DNA of 58,217 nucleotides, counting the filler, from Sphacelaria rigidula (Eukaryota): the NCBI GenBank assembly GCA_964200075.2. It is 5 parts of 5 records of this genome, joined end to end, with 100 filler letters (N's around TTAATTAATTAA, not from the genome) between each part and the next. Parts side by side here need not be neighbours in the genome. Positions count along the whole stretch, not along the records: positions 1 to 11,565 come from CAXNAA020004775.1; 4 more parts are not named here. One strand, 5' to 3'. Positions within the stretch are counted from its first letter, which is position 1; each line of letters opens with the position of its first letter. The notes beneath the pieces are model-generated. The model saw only the letters and a program-made list of their open reading frames with translations, searched no databases and was not told where the DNA came from. The translations under genes and the position numbers were made by a program. Below are positions 1 to 10,745 of the stretch, piece after piece.

Positions 1-414
1 CTTTACTCGGAGGATTGTTTACCTCCTGCCTGCTCTTCGGCTTCATGCACGAGAACGCAGTACGACACTCATGCAAAAAATGACCGTCTGTGTACAGAAC
101 CGTTTCACAAATTTGTGATACTGTACCTACCCTCTGTGCCATAAAGTGGTCACCCCGATTTTGAGTACACGTATTTGAGTCCCCCCGATTTTTTCAAAAT
201 CGGACCCAAAAAACACTGGATTCGTTTGCCATAGAAGTGCTTCTAATATCCTTCCCGAAACCAAGTTTGCCGCGGATTTGTTTCACCAGAATTCTATTTT
301 GCAATATTTTTAAACGACTTTTTTTTTCTTTGCCGTGGTTGTGTATTTCGTGCCCGTTCACCATGATGACGGGAAAAAATTACAAACGCTCCCATAAGAG
401 TTGGCCTAAGGGTT

Positions 415-499
415 AGGTTAGTCTCCTGTTGAATCGGCATCAATTTCAAGTGAAAAAAAATATGCATGATCCAGAAAGACTGATCTCGCGGTCTGAGGG
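415..499 (-). mobile_element. Partial inverted copy of the adjacent piggyBac-type MITE
   Basis: Near-exact reverse complement of 531-614; ends in ...CTCGCGGTCTGAGGG followed by (T)TTAA. Confidence 0.7.
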
Positions 500-530
500 T
501 TTAACCGAGTTAGTAGAAGGTTGGGTTTAA

Positions 531-628
531 CCCTCAGACCGCGAGATTAGTCTTTCTGGATCATCCACACTTTTTCTTGCTTGAAATTGATGCCGATTCA
601 ACAGAAGACTAACCTCGCGGTCCAAGGG
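531..628 (+). mobile_element. 98-bp piggyBac-type MITE
   Basis: TTAA on both sides (527-530, 629-632); TIRs CCCTCAGACCGCGAG / CTCGCGGTCCAAGGG; diverged third copy at about 22578-22668. Confidence 0.75.
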
Positions 629-1206
629 TTAAGAGGGGCTTTCTTGATCCGCCACACCCCTCTCTTGAACCATGACCCCCACTGTATGTCGACAGACGAG
701 GACAACCCGAGCCGTCTCAGGCTCGACCTGTTCAAGGAATGAGCTACTTTTTTTTTGGTGAACGACAAATAACATGGTAGTACCACAAATAATCCCTCGG
801 CTGCAAAACGTTGACGTTCCAAATAACACACCCGGGGCAATGGATTACCTTGTCGAAAGTGTACTGCATACGAGTACACTATCGACTGTTGCAGTGGACA
901 AAAGTAAGTATTCCAATCGGGTCGTGGACCCCAACCGTCCAATGATTCCCACTTTTTCAAGGCATCAGCCTTTTGTAGCAAGCGTCGTGAAATGCGGAGC
1001 AACGTTTTTTTACTGGTGAACAATAATAGGAACACAGATAGATGATCGCTGGGTTGCAAAACATACACGTTCAGAAGAAGTCTCTCAACCGGATCCAAGG
1101 CCTTGTTGTGGTCGCTGCGGTACAGCGTGGCCGCATTCTGCAGCATTGGGTCCACATCGTGAGAGTGATGACGGTACCGTGCCGTTTGTCCCGGGCATTC
1201 TGCAGT

Positions 1207-1524
1207 CCCGTGTAAGCTACAAAGGTATGCAGAACAGCACCCTTCCTCTTCAATATCCTCCGAGTCGAGGTCAGAGCACGGCTGCCAAGTAAGGCATACT
1301 GATGTTGACCCTCGGGAAGGGGAGAGATGAAACTCCAAATAGCTCAAACGACAGAAAACCGACATGAACTAATTCAGCAGAAATCTCCCACGGCTGCGCA
1401 GCGCAGCGACAACCTGACTCGCCTCCAAGCTGCAGCAACGTGCGTTTGGCACACGAGAAAGAGCAGGTTCTTCAGGATCGTGGTGAGATTCGCAAAATAC
1501 GCAAAAAATGAAGTGCTTGAATAC
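1207..1524 (+). repeat. Interspersed repeat, copy A (inverted copy at 11249-11565)
   Basis: Near-identical reverse complement of 11249-11565; the ORF track shows the same spurious peptides on opposite strands. Confidence 0.9.
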
Positions 1525-1529
1525 CCCCC

Positions 1530-1625
1530 GCCATGCTCCGTCCCGCAGGGGATGCGTGGTCAGTGGTCAATTGATTAAGGCAAGAAACCAGTCAGTACGC
1601 CCCTACCCCCCACCCACCCCCCTCC
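1530..1625 (+). repeat. Isolated LINE 3'-end fragment followed by a C-rich tract
   Basis: CTCCGTC..GGGATGCGTGGTCA.TGGTCAA..GA..AAGGCAAG matches the reverse complement of 56360-56420 and 23393-23460. Confidence 0.65.
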
Positions 1626-1874
1626 TCGTGTCGAGTCTGTGGTCTCGATGACTCAAGCCATCTTTCCCCAGGGTAGGGAGTACCCTATCCTGCCACCCTC
1701 CCAATATACATGAGAAGTTGTGTTGTAAGCACAGATTCACTCCCCCCAAATAAAAGAAGAAAAAAACGCTCATTGCACAGCCGGTAGATGTGCGAAACAA
1801 ATCACCCATTGCAGCATTTTTTCACCCCACCTTGAGAAGCGCCTGATGCCCCACTCGCAAGCCCTCCTACATAC

Positions 1875-4800
1875 CCGCCTCCGCCTCCTCCGCCCCCCCC
1901 GCCGCCGCCGCCTCCGCCGGTGCTGACACGATCGAAAGGGGAAGGAATCCCAGACGGTATTGTTGGCGGCGGGGGCATTGATGCGGTGGGCTCCTCTGAC
2001 CATTTTCTAGATAGCTGCAGCGCCAGTTCGGCGTCGTGGTCACTTCAGCCGCGGGGTGATGAAAGGAGAGGAAGGAGAGGGGGAATTGACATGTCAGAAC
2101 AAGAAGAACAAAAAGGATCTTTTCAGACAAGAATGATCGTTGATTCCCGGGTGCCTGACATAACAGCAAAATCTACTTCGGATCACGAGAGAATATACAA
2201 ATAATGCAGTCGGGCTGGTATTGTTCCTCAAGTTAGAAGAGTTCAAGTGACTATACCAAGTCGCCGTGTTTTTAGACCGTTTCACGTTCCGTAAATATGC
2301 CCCGCCCCCCCTGCCTTAAAGCCTTCCCCACTCCATGTTTTTCCAGGGTACTGCGAGCGAATTTTTATTCCGAGACGATGCTAGCAGTCAAGAGGTTCAA
2401 ACCACTTCAACACCCAGACCCCTCGCTGGACTCGAGACATACAAGTCGTTCGGGAGCAGGCACTTTTTGCAGAGAGATAACACCTACATAAAAACGGCTG
2501 TTGCCACGCATATGCTGCATATCGTAATACGTCGTGCTTGAGTCACCATCAGGAACACATTTTTTTGGGAAAGTGCGTGCCTTTGAAGCCATGCATGCAA
2601 GGAGAATGCAGAAACGTTGCAGGAGATGTCAAAGGCAACAAACGAAATATGCACTCGCCTCCTGGAGCCATGGCAAAATGCTGCTGCAAACCTATTGGCT
2701 GAGATTTCTTGTTTTCGCATCGCTTCGACCCATGCTCCATATAGTACCGGTTTCGCACACTCATCTACGCCTAAAAAAACTATTATCCAAACATTCATCG
2801 GGCTGTCAGCAAGACAACTGTTCCGAGGCGTGGCTGGCAGCAGCGTGAGGATAATGATGGACAACGTTGAGGGTAGCATCCGCGTATCGTTCAAACAATC
2901 ACAACTATTCTCCATCTTTACCTCGAACGTTGGTCAGTGTCTAATGGCGCCGAACCAAGAACCCAGCTTCGATAGACCCCACAAAAGGAGTAGGGAGAAA
3001 GCAATCGTCATGCTTCTGGACGTTTTATTTTCTCGCCATTTTTTTTTTTGCCTAGTTTAGATGGGCACTAACCGAGTGCAGTTGTTGAAAAGTATTTCGA
3101 AGTAATTCAAAGACCATTACGGCTAACGCTTCCACACGTTGGACAACTCATGAGTTAACCAGACTATCCGGTATAACAGCCATTGGAAACTGGTATCGTT
3201 GACTTAATTAAACTGAGTACATCAGCCCTAAGTTATACGAAAATAAGTTATCTTAAATTGAGGTGAGTTGACGTGTCCGACGTGAGAACGCTTCACACCC
3301 TGGGCAATATATGGTCAATACATGACACTTTCTACGATAGCCCCCCCAAAAAAACAACCCAAAAGTGTCATGAAAAAAGTGGCCACACAGCGCTCAATGT
3401 ATGGGTTCAGGCTGCATGAAGCGCCTCATATTGGCGACACTGGCTAGAACGAACCCAAACGTGGGAGTTTCCAGCTGCTCATTGTGCTTGACCTTTCCCA
3501 CTTCGATTTACGTGGAGATTTTGCCTCTCAAAACCCTGCATTTTTTTTTTGGGGGGGGGGGCTATCGTAGAAAGTATCACATGCAATAGGCCTATACTTT
3601 CCCCAGTACATTTCGATATGATGCACATTTTCACCGTATATTTGTCAAGGGTGTGGAACGCTTCTACGGTCCCAACCGAGTGTCACAAGCGAACCCGGCC
3701 GATAATTCGGTTACGTGTGAAGATGAAATACCCTTCACGTGTACGGCCTAGAAGCGGAACCTCCCCTAAATCTCACGTTCCCGAAGGCGGGCCGCTACTT
3801 GCACCACCGCCGCCGCCGCCGCGGCTGCCACCACCACCTGACGCCGGAAGATTTATCGCACCGCCGCTCAATACGTGTTCCACCGTGCGCTCCATGTGAC
3901 CCTCGTGGGCCTAAAATGACGGCGTGGTTAACGCAGAAACGAGGGAAGGGCATGCGGTTGTCGAGAACATGAAGGCGCGAATCTGTGTTGTGGGGCATCA
4001 GGGATCCGAGTGAAGCACTTTACGTAGTGGACCAGTCTCGGGAAGACGTCGAGCTGCTGACTGACTCCATGACGGCCTGTTTTGCACTCTGTTTCCGCCA
4101 CGAGCACTGCGATCATCTCACCATTGTTGTGTTTCACGAAGGCCCCTTGAACAGGGCGTATTATCGGATGATAGGCGCGAACGCGGGTGTCTTTCACCAG
4201 TCCTCGCTCCTGGAGCGGTTCAAAGATTCCATGCCCATGATCTTTCCATTTTCCGCGAAGCCGGTCGTGTGTATTTCCGCATCGACCGGGGTACATCCGA
4301 CGACCCGGGTCGTGACTTCAAATGTATATCGTTTTGGCCCAATGCGTGTCGACTCAGTTGAACACGCGCCAATTCGGAAAAAGCAAGCATCATTTCGCTC
4401 AACTTTTGTTACGCTTGCGTATGATTGTTACGTTTCGAGAACGTAATATTTCGAGCACGGGACAGTTTTTATTTGTACAGGATTTTAATCACGACCCACG
4501 GAATGATGCGGATATCCGGGTTTGACGATGGAATGTATTAGAGCTTGCCTTATCTGTGAAACGCCCTGCTTCATTGAGAAACCGATTCCAGGGATTTGCC
4601 CCCCCTCCCCTCCAGACGAGTGCTACCACTGTACTGTAGGTTCTGTACTGCACTCTTTGGCCGTCAGGTTCCACCCGGCCAAAATGAAGGATGGCACCCG
4701 TACAAAAGATCGGCATGTTCGCACGATTTTCGCCGCAACGCCTGCCTCCGCTCGTAGGGGAGAAGGTGGGATTAGGCTATTCGATAACTCCTGTTCCTCG

Positions 4801-7800
4801 TGGGGGAGCTTTCAAGTACGGCGCAATCGCTGTACTGTACCACGAACACCGGAATGGCTCCGATAATATGGGGCCCCGGGTACTTTCGACGGCTCATGAC
4901 CTCAAGGAATTGCTGCAAACTGTTGAAACTCCAAACGATACAGCTTTGGCGACATCGGCTTTTCCTTCGGGGATGTGCATATGAAATCTCGTGCTGCTCT
5001 GATTCTCAAAAACCGACGTCAGGAATGAAGATAACTTGAAACTTGTTCCGAGAATATGGAGTCTGCCACCACTCACGGCGACTTTCAACCCTCATTCGAA
5101 CGCTTCGACAGACTTGAACTGCGAGAAAGCGTTCACTAGCACCTCGGCCTTGCTTCCAGAAACAATTGTGTGAATACTCGCATCGTACCTTTTAAACCTG
5201 GCGTGAATTTTCAAGCAAATTAGACTGTTGTGATAATCCGGGTGTCCAGCATGCCATCACCCCAAGAAACCGAACGAATTCACCAACTGTCCTTCCTACC
5301 CGCCAGAACATCCGCGAGCTCGGACTGTCCAATAAGAGTACGTGTGCAAAATTCTGTCTCCGAACTCTCAAAGAGGGGTTAGGTTAGCAGCAAAGGCGGT
5401 ATTGTTCCGAGAAGATGTCATGTACAACGGCCGGGGTCTCAAGAAAACAGCCGTACTTGTAAAACCCGGAGCAAGAAGTAACAACGAGACACCGGTGACG
5501 GACGACTTACTCAGGAACATCCCCATAAAAGTTGTACGTTTGCTCTAACAAAATAGGCTGAGAAAAGGAGCGAAGGGAATCGATCCGGGATCGTGGAGAT
5601 TGTAAGGCGTATGGTGGTCTTGCGGTGGGAAAGCCGTACTCCTCCGGCTATGAGCGATACCGTGTACGGATGAAGCCCTCTTTCCGTGTCTCGGGATATT
5701 TCGTCAACTTTTGTGTAGCTTACAACTCATGCTCCGCCCTTACCGTGGCTTGGTACCGTTAGTACACGACTATTCGCGGCACACAAAAAGTGCAAAAAAC
5801 ATGCGGGGTATCCACGATTAGACGAACCGAGAACAGCGGCGTAGTTAGTCTAGGAGATTCACTGGAAATAAATTCAGATTTCTATATAATTTGAGACCCT
5901 CTGCTTCTCACGCCACTAGCACCCCATCGCAGCCTGGTACCGAGCAAAGACCACAATAGTTTGTGAACAGAGAAATCCCTACATTTCAACAAGTGTCTAG
6001 GTGTCTTCATCTTCCTCGACTTTGAACCTGTGAAGAAATAAGTTTGCCCAGAAAAAATTGGGCCTTACCCGAATCAGCCAGAAGCGGCGGACGACGTGTG
6101 CCCGACATTAGGATTTGAGGGCAAAATAATGGGTGGGTCTTTTTTACAAATATTCCCTCCGTTGTCCACCTCCCTTCGACGGACCTCCGGAGTCGTTACT
6201 GCGCATCAGTGTCATGGAGAAGTAGCACTCGTTGGCGGAAAGTACAACCCATCTTACCCGGGACTCGGAGTGCACAAGCAATAGCTTCACGGTAGGGGGT
6301 GGTAAAAGGGGAGTGCGGCACGCGACATTGACTGGGAATTGGAAGGTCTCACTGGAGAGCAGGGCCCCGGATGAGTATTTTGTGGCATGTTGGCGAAGCG
6401 GTGGCGGCGCGTAGAATGAGGAGCATGATCAGATTCTGGACGGGATATTTAAAACAGCGGTTCCAGGGTTGACAGGCTAGGGCCATAAGTTGGCGGGACA
6501 GATCACAGAGATATGGTGATCACACATGCCCTCAAGAATTTAGGCTCAACTTTAGAGAACGGTAGTTGACGAGCCGCTTCTTTGTGTCCTCTACGTGCGT
6601 TTAAATAACTTGTTGTAGACTGGTTGTTTTTTTGATAATCTCGCCTTCATCCGAACAATCTCAAGGGCAAACTTCGAGAATGCGGCCGGCGGCTACACCG
6701 TTGTACGCGCCATGAATAAACTTGAAATGCTGAAACGCTCGTGACGACTGATCGATGGGTGCGGCGCACCCCGAGGTGTTCATGGGGTTGCAGGGAACGC
6801 CACTTCTGTGGCCCTTTTCGCAGCAGATCATGGTACGTGGCTCGTCGAAAGTCTGCGGTGATTCTCGACCGGCCCAGCTAGTATGGCGGAGGCCGGCGAA
6901 CCACAGTTTTGTGAATATGCTTCCCCTGTCCCACAAGTACACTTGATTATAGGGTGCCAGATCATATCCCTTAAATGAACCTAACGATACCGTACGCACC
7001 CCCTTCAGGAGGATAAGGTTGTTGTGACGATGCTCATTGACGAAAGAGATAACGGAGCCATAGTTTCAGTACTATATTGAGAACTTTTATAATGAAATTG
7101 CCAAAAAAAAAAGAAGAATATTTCAAAGACATTTCCTCGAGTTTTTTCGTTCAGAATTGACCGCTTTTCAAAAGAATTTCGACGTTTAATCGCCAACTAA
7201 GAACTACAACCAAGGTAGACTCTCCCGTGCACACACCACTAGGTCGTAAACAGGGCGCCGCAGTATCATCGGGCCGCCTTTACGCCATGGCGGTGGAGAT
7301 GGCGTTGGCCATTCTGCCATGCAAATCGGGGATACCGAAGGGCAATCATTCACAGTTCGGACGAATCATCGCCGGTTCAAATCACTAAATCCATCGTTAT
7401 TCAGGCCTGATTGCAAAACTAAGAGGAACAAGTTGACCGCTGGTCAGGAAGGTCTCCACGCAATTATTGCGCCGTTCCACGTGCCTGAACTGCGCGTACC
7501 TCGGTTCGAGGCTGAAAACAAGCCTAAGGATTGATTCGCACGGTACGAATCAATTACACTAAAATCAAGTAATTTCCAGACGAATAATCAATTCGTCCGA
7601 CCCTTGCAGTCATTTCAAGTCTGCTCACCGAGGGCTACGGTGTTGGCCCCGAGTACCCGGCAAAATCACGGGAAAAGGGCAAAGCCAAGATAGAAGGCAC
7701 AGAGGAGCTCGGCCTCTCGAACAAACGTTGGAGTGGATAGCCAAACATTTACTCCAACATCGACGGCGGGGCTGCGAACGTGCAAGGGTTTTTCCCGTTC

Positions 7801-9548
7801 TCTTTCCCCTTTCTCTGCATGTTACAGTGTTATTCCTTTTCAATATTATGGAGGCGATATTTTTGGAGATTAGGCGCCCCGACACAGTACACCAGGCGTC
7901 TGATGATACTGAAACTTGATGCTTGTGTGGACTGAAGCCGCAGGTAGGTGTTGACGCAGCAGTTTCGGCGACCCAAGGCGTTTTGTGCGCTGTGTGGCTT
8001 GAAAGGATGGTTGTGCACGATGCCGCAGTGATTCCGAAAACACGAACACTTTCTGCTGATGGTTCTAGAGGGTAACGTGCGCTGTGTGGCTTGAAAGGAT
8101 GGTTGTGCACGATGCCGCAGTGATTCCGAAAACACGAACACTTTCTGCTGATGGTTCTAGAGGGTAACGGTATGAAATCCGCGCGGAGACAGGTGTTGTA
8201 GTAGATGTTGCCATCAATGTTGTTTACATCGCCCCCCTGTCGGTCAAGGCTGGCACCACGGCCGGAAAAAACTGCTACTTAAGGTTCACCATATGTTAGA
8301 GGCAGATGCCCCTGAGTTTTATATGCCGTGCCGAGTAAGACGCGGCCGCGAAACGTAGCCAAGGAGATGAGTGTCTTCTGTCAAGGACCACTGCGGACCT
8401 GCTCGGGCAGGGGGCAGCGTCTCCTCCCTCCCAGTGCCAGACCTAAGCGTGGGCGTTACCACGACGGCCTGAAAATGCCAGGGGCAGTTGCTGTAGTTTT
8501 CTTTTATCAGAACCAACCAGATATTCTTCCGTAGTGTGCTCCCATGTGAAGATATTCACCTTTTTCTGGCAGGCGCGTGATCACCCTATTGCAGAGTTTT
8601 CATTCGGTTCCAAAATAGGACAAAGAGAGAGTTGCAATTTGTTTTTCTTCACGAATGGATCGCGGGTATTCTAGCCCTGTCGAGGCGTGGCTCGCATCGT
8701 ACAGTCAGTTCTACAGTACTTGTTGTACCGGCACCAGGAACACACAGTGTCAACTTCGTCGGCTATAACATTGCGCGGATACATATCGTGCAATAAATGC
8801 GTTCTACATTCGTAGTGATAAGCGTCCTTTCCCATCCGGCTGTCAACCGTGCGAAAGTTGGTCTGTAGCGCCAGGTATCCGTGCTGATGTGGAGACCTCT
8901 CTTCGAAGGACGTCCGCCCCCTAGAGTCTCAGCATATTTTAAGCCTCAGAGTATGATCGTCTCCGATTGACGCCGCGGATGATGAATCATAATTTCAATA
9001 CAATACCTTCATAACATTGAAAAGGAACAACACTGGTTAGGGGCGAAGAACAGCAATTATCGCGGCGACTATTATAGCTGATCTTGGGACATTCAACCAC
9101 GTAGGGTAGTGTGCGGGAAAGAAGAATACAATACTGTTAGATTTTACCCGTGGGTCGTTATCCCCCTAATCAGCGCTGCCCCAAGCGGTTCGTCGGCTTA
9201 AAGGCGGGAACATGTGTCTTCATTTTGACGACTGGTGTCGTGTACCATGCATTCCAGGTGTGTATCTCAAACTTTTCCACAGATTGTCCATTCTGCAGAA
9301 AAAGGCGTGAAGATGGTCCTCGGAGGGATCGAACCCTGGGTTTACTTTTAATAGATGTACAACATATCCACTGAGCTAACAGTCAGCTCTGACTTCTAGC
9401 TCGGTGGATATGTTGTACATCTAAAACAATACAAGACAAGTCCCTTCACCTCGAGCACAGCAGCAAGCGCAGCCTTATCATAGTCTCCGAACATCTGGTG
9501 CAGGTGATTGACGGCATCTTCTACAGAAATGTCGCCTCCTGAAGCCAT
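1875..9548 (-). CDS. CUE (ubiquitin-binding) domain protein, spliced, 3' part unresolved
   Basis: Exons 9548-9450 (MASGGDISVEDAVNHLHQMFGDYDKAALAAVLE), 3910-3777 (AHEGHMERTVEHVLSGG..., Gly-rich) and 2006-1875 (KWSEEPTASMPPPP...poly-Gly). All have AG/GT ends with matching phases (0, 2); exons 1+2 give the CUE pattern L..MF...D......VL.A..G.ME.TVE.VL. Confidence 0.75.
3323..3579 (+). mobile_element. MITE with G/C-run TIRs, copy A
   Basis: TIRs ACACTTTCTACGATAGCCCCCCC / GGGGGGGCTATCGTAGAAAGTAT; homologous inverted copy at 44693-44953. Confidence 0.8.
7985..8168. repeat. Perfect tandem duplication, 2 x 92 bp
   Basis: GTGCGCTGTGTGGCTTGAAAGG...AGAGGGTAAC starts at 7985 and again at 8077. Confidence 0.95.
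9125..9385 (-). mobile_element. tRNA-derived SINE-like element
   Basis: Minus strand reads TAGCTCAGTGG (A box) ... GGTTCGATCCC (B box) followed by a non-tRNA body; 3' limit approximate. Confidence 0.55.
9352..9423. repeat. 72-nt near-perfect hairpin
   Basis: TAGATGTACAACATATCCAC-TGAGCTA..AGTCAG / CTGACT..TAGCTCG-GTGGATATGTTGTACATCTA. Confidence 0.9.
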
Positions 9549-10745
9549 GACTGAGACTCCCTTCCAGCCGGTTCGCTTTCAAGTTACTACAGATCAGTTC
9601 GTCGCCACCAGGAGAGACAGCGCCTCAGTCACGGTGTGGTAAACCAAGTACGCCACCACTTATCTGGGTATAGTAACAGCTCCTGTACCCCTCACGGCAG
9701 AGCAACGCGGGGAACAACTGACAATCCAAGCAAACCTCCGCATCCGTATGTGCAAGGCTCCTCGTGAATGTTCAATCTTTCCTTTGGAGCCCCTATTTAC
9801 CTAAAGTAGTACATGCCTGAACGAGTTTCAACTTTCGATCGCATATGGTATTGTTTTTTACAACTAACCTTGGGCTAACCGTGCATTCTCCTCCTCGTCT
9901 CCTGGCCAGGTGAGCGTACTTCCGTAAGCACAGAACGCGTTAGGAAGTCAGTCGCGTCTACCTCTACGTACGGATGCAGAAAAGCCACCGACTAATTTAG
10001 CTCAGAATTGTCTACTTGCTTCAAGTTGCCCATACACCCAGTGCTCATCAAACCCTGTAGTAATATGTCTGGGGGACCTGGGCCCACTTTTTTGCCATCA
10101 CAAATTCGCGCTCAGCTTCTGGTAAATTCGTACGGCGTTCCGTAGGCCTACTCGCGCTGACACAACTATACTGGGTACTACAATCTCCAGGAATATCAGG
10201 GCTTGCTATGAGTCGATCATTGTTTCGGGGTACACCATGTGTGGGCACCCATCACATATGCTGGAGTACCGCGCCTTGCTCCCCTCTTCCGCTCTAGTGT
10301 TGCCTACCCTATCGTGTTTGTCACCCTCTGTCGCGGAGCGGACGGGCCCTCTGTATCTCTCCGTATACGAACTTGACTCGATTTTAAACTACGATCGATG
10401 AAGCTTTGGATTGTTACCGGTTAGCACCATAGTCGTAAATGAGCTTGTCAACCGCGCCCAGCGGGATTCCTGGCCTTGTTCCCGTCTATTCGAGCAGGTT
10501 GATGGTATGCACGACAGGAAAGTTTTTTTGTGTAATTTGATGCAATTGGGCTGGGATTGTTTCCTGTAGGTCGCTTGTTTACGTGGACTTCACGGTGACC
10601 ATAGATGAAATGTTGATGCACTTCGGTGCCTTAATTTGCGAAACAGAACTGAAGGGGAGATAATGAGCGCTGCTGCTTTTTTTCTGTCCCGGCCGAAGCC
10701 GTGACATTCTTGTCTGTGTTGTCCGCTGCCGATGTGTAGTGATAC

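Noticed and set aside
598-1365. 255-aa ORF as a gene
   Set aside because: Overlaps a MITE and an interspersed repeat; no recognisable motif.
2484-2915. piggyBac or KDZ transposase fragment (GVDE..., FDISCN)
   Set aside because: Only two short motif resemblances, with no supporting colinear motifs.
7985-8168. CRISPR-like array
   Set aside because: Only two abutting copies, no spacers, no cas genes, eukaryotic context.
9312-9385. Functional tRNA gene (also 25504-25587 and 32322-32395)
   Set aside because: A/B boxes are present but there are no proper acceptor/anticodon stems; better explained as SINE heads.
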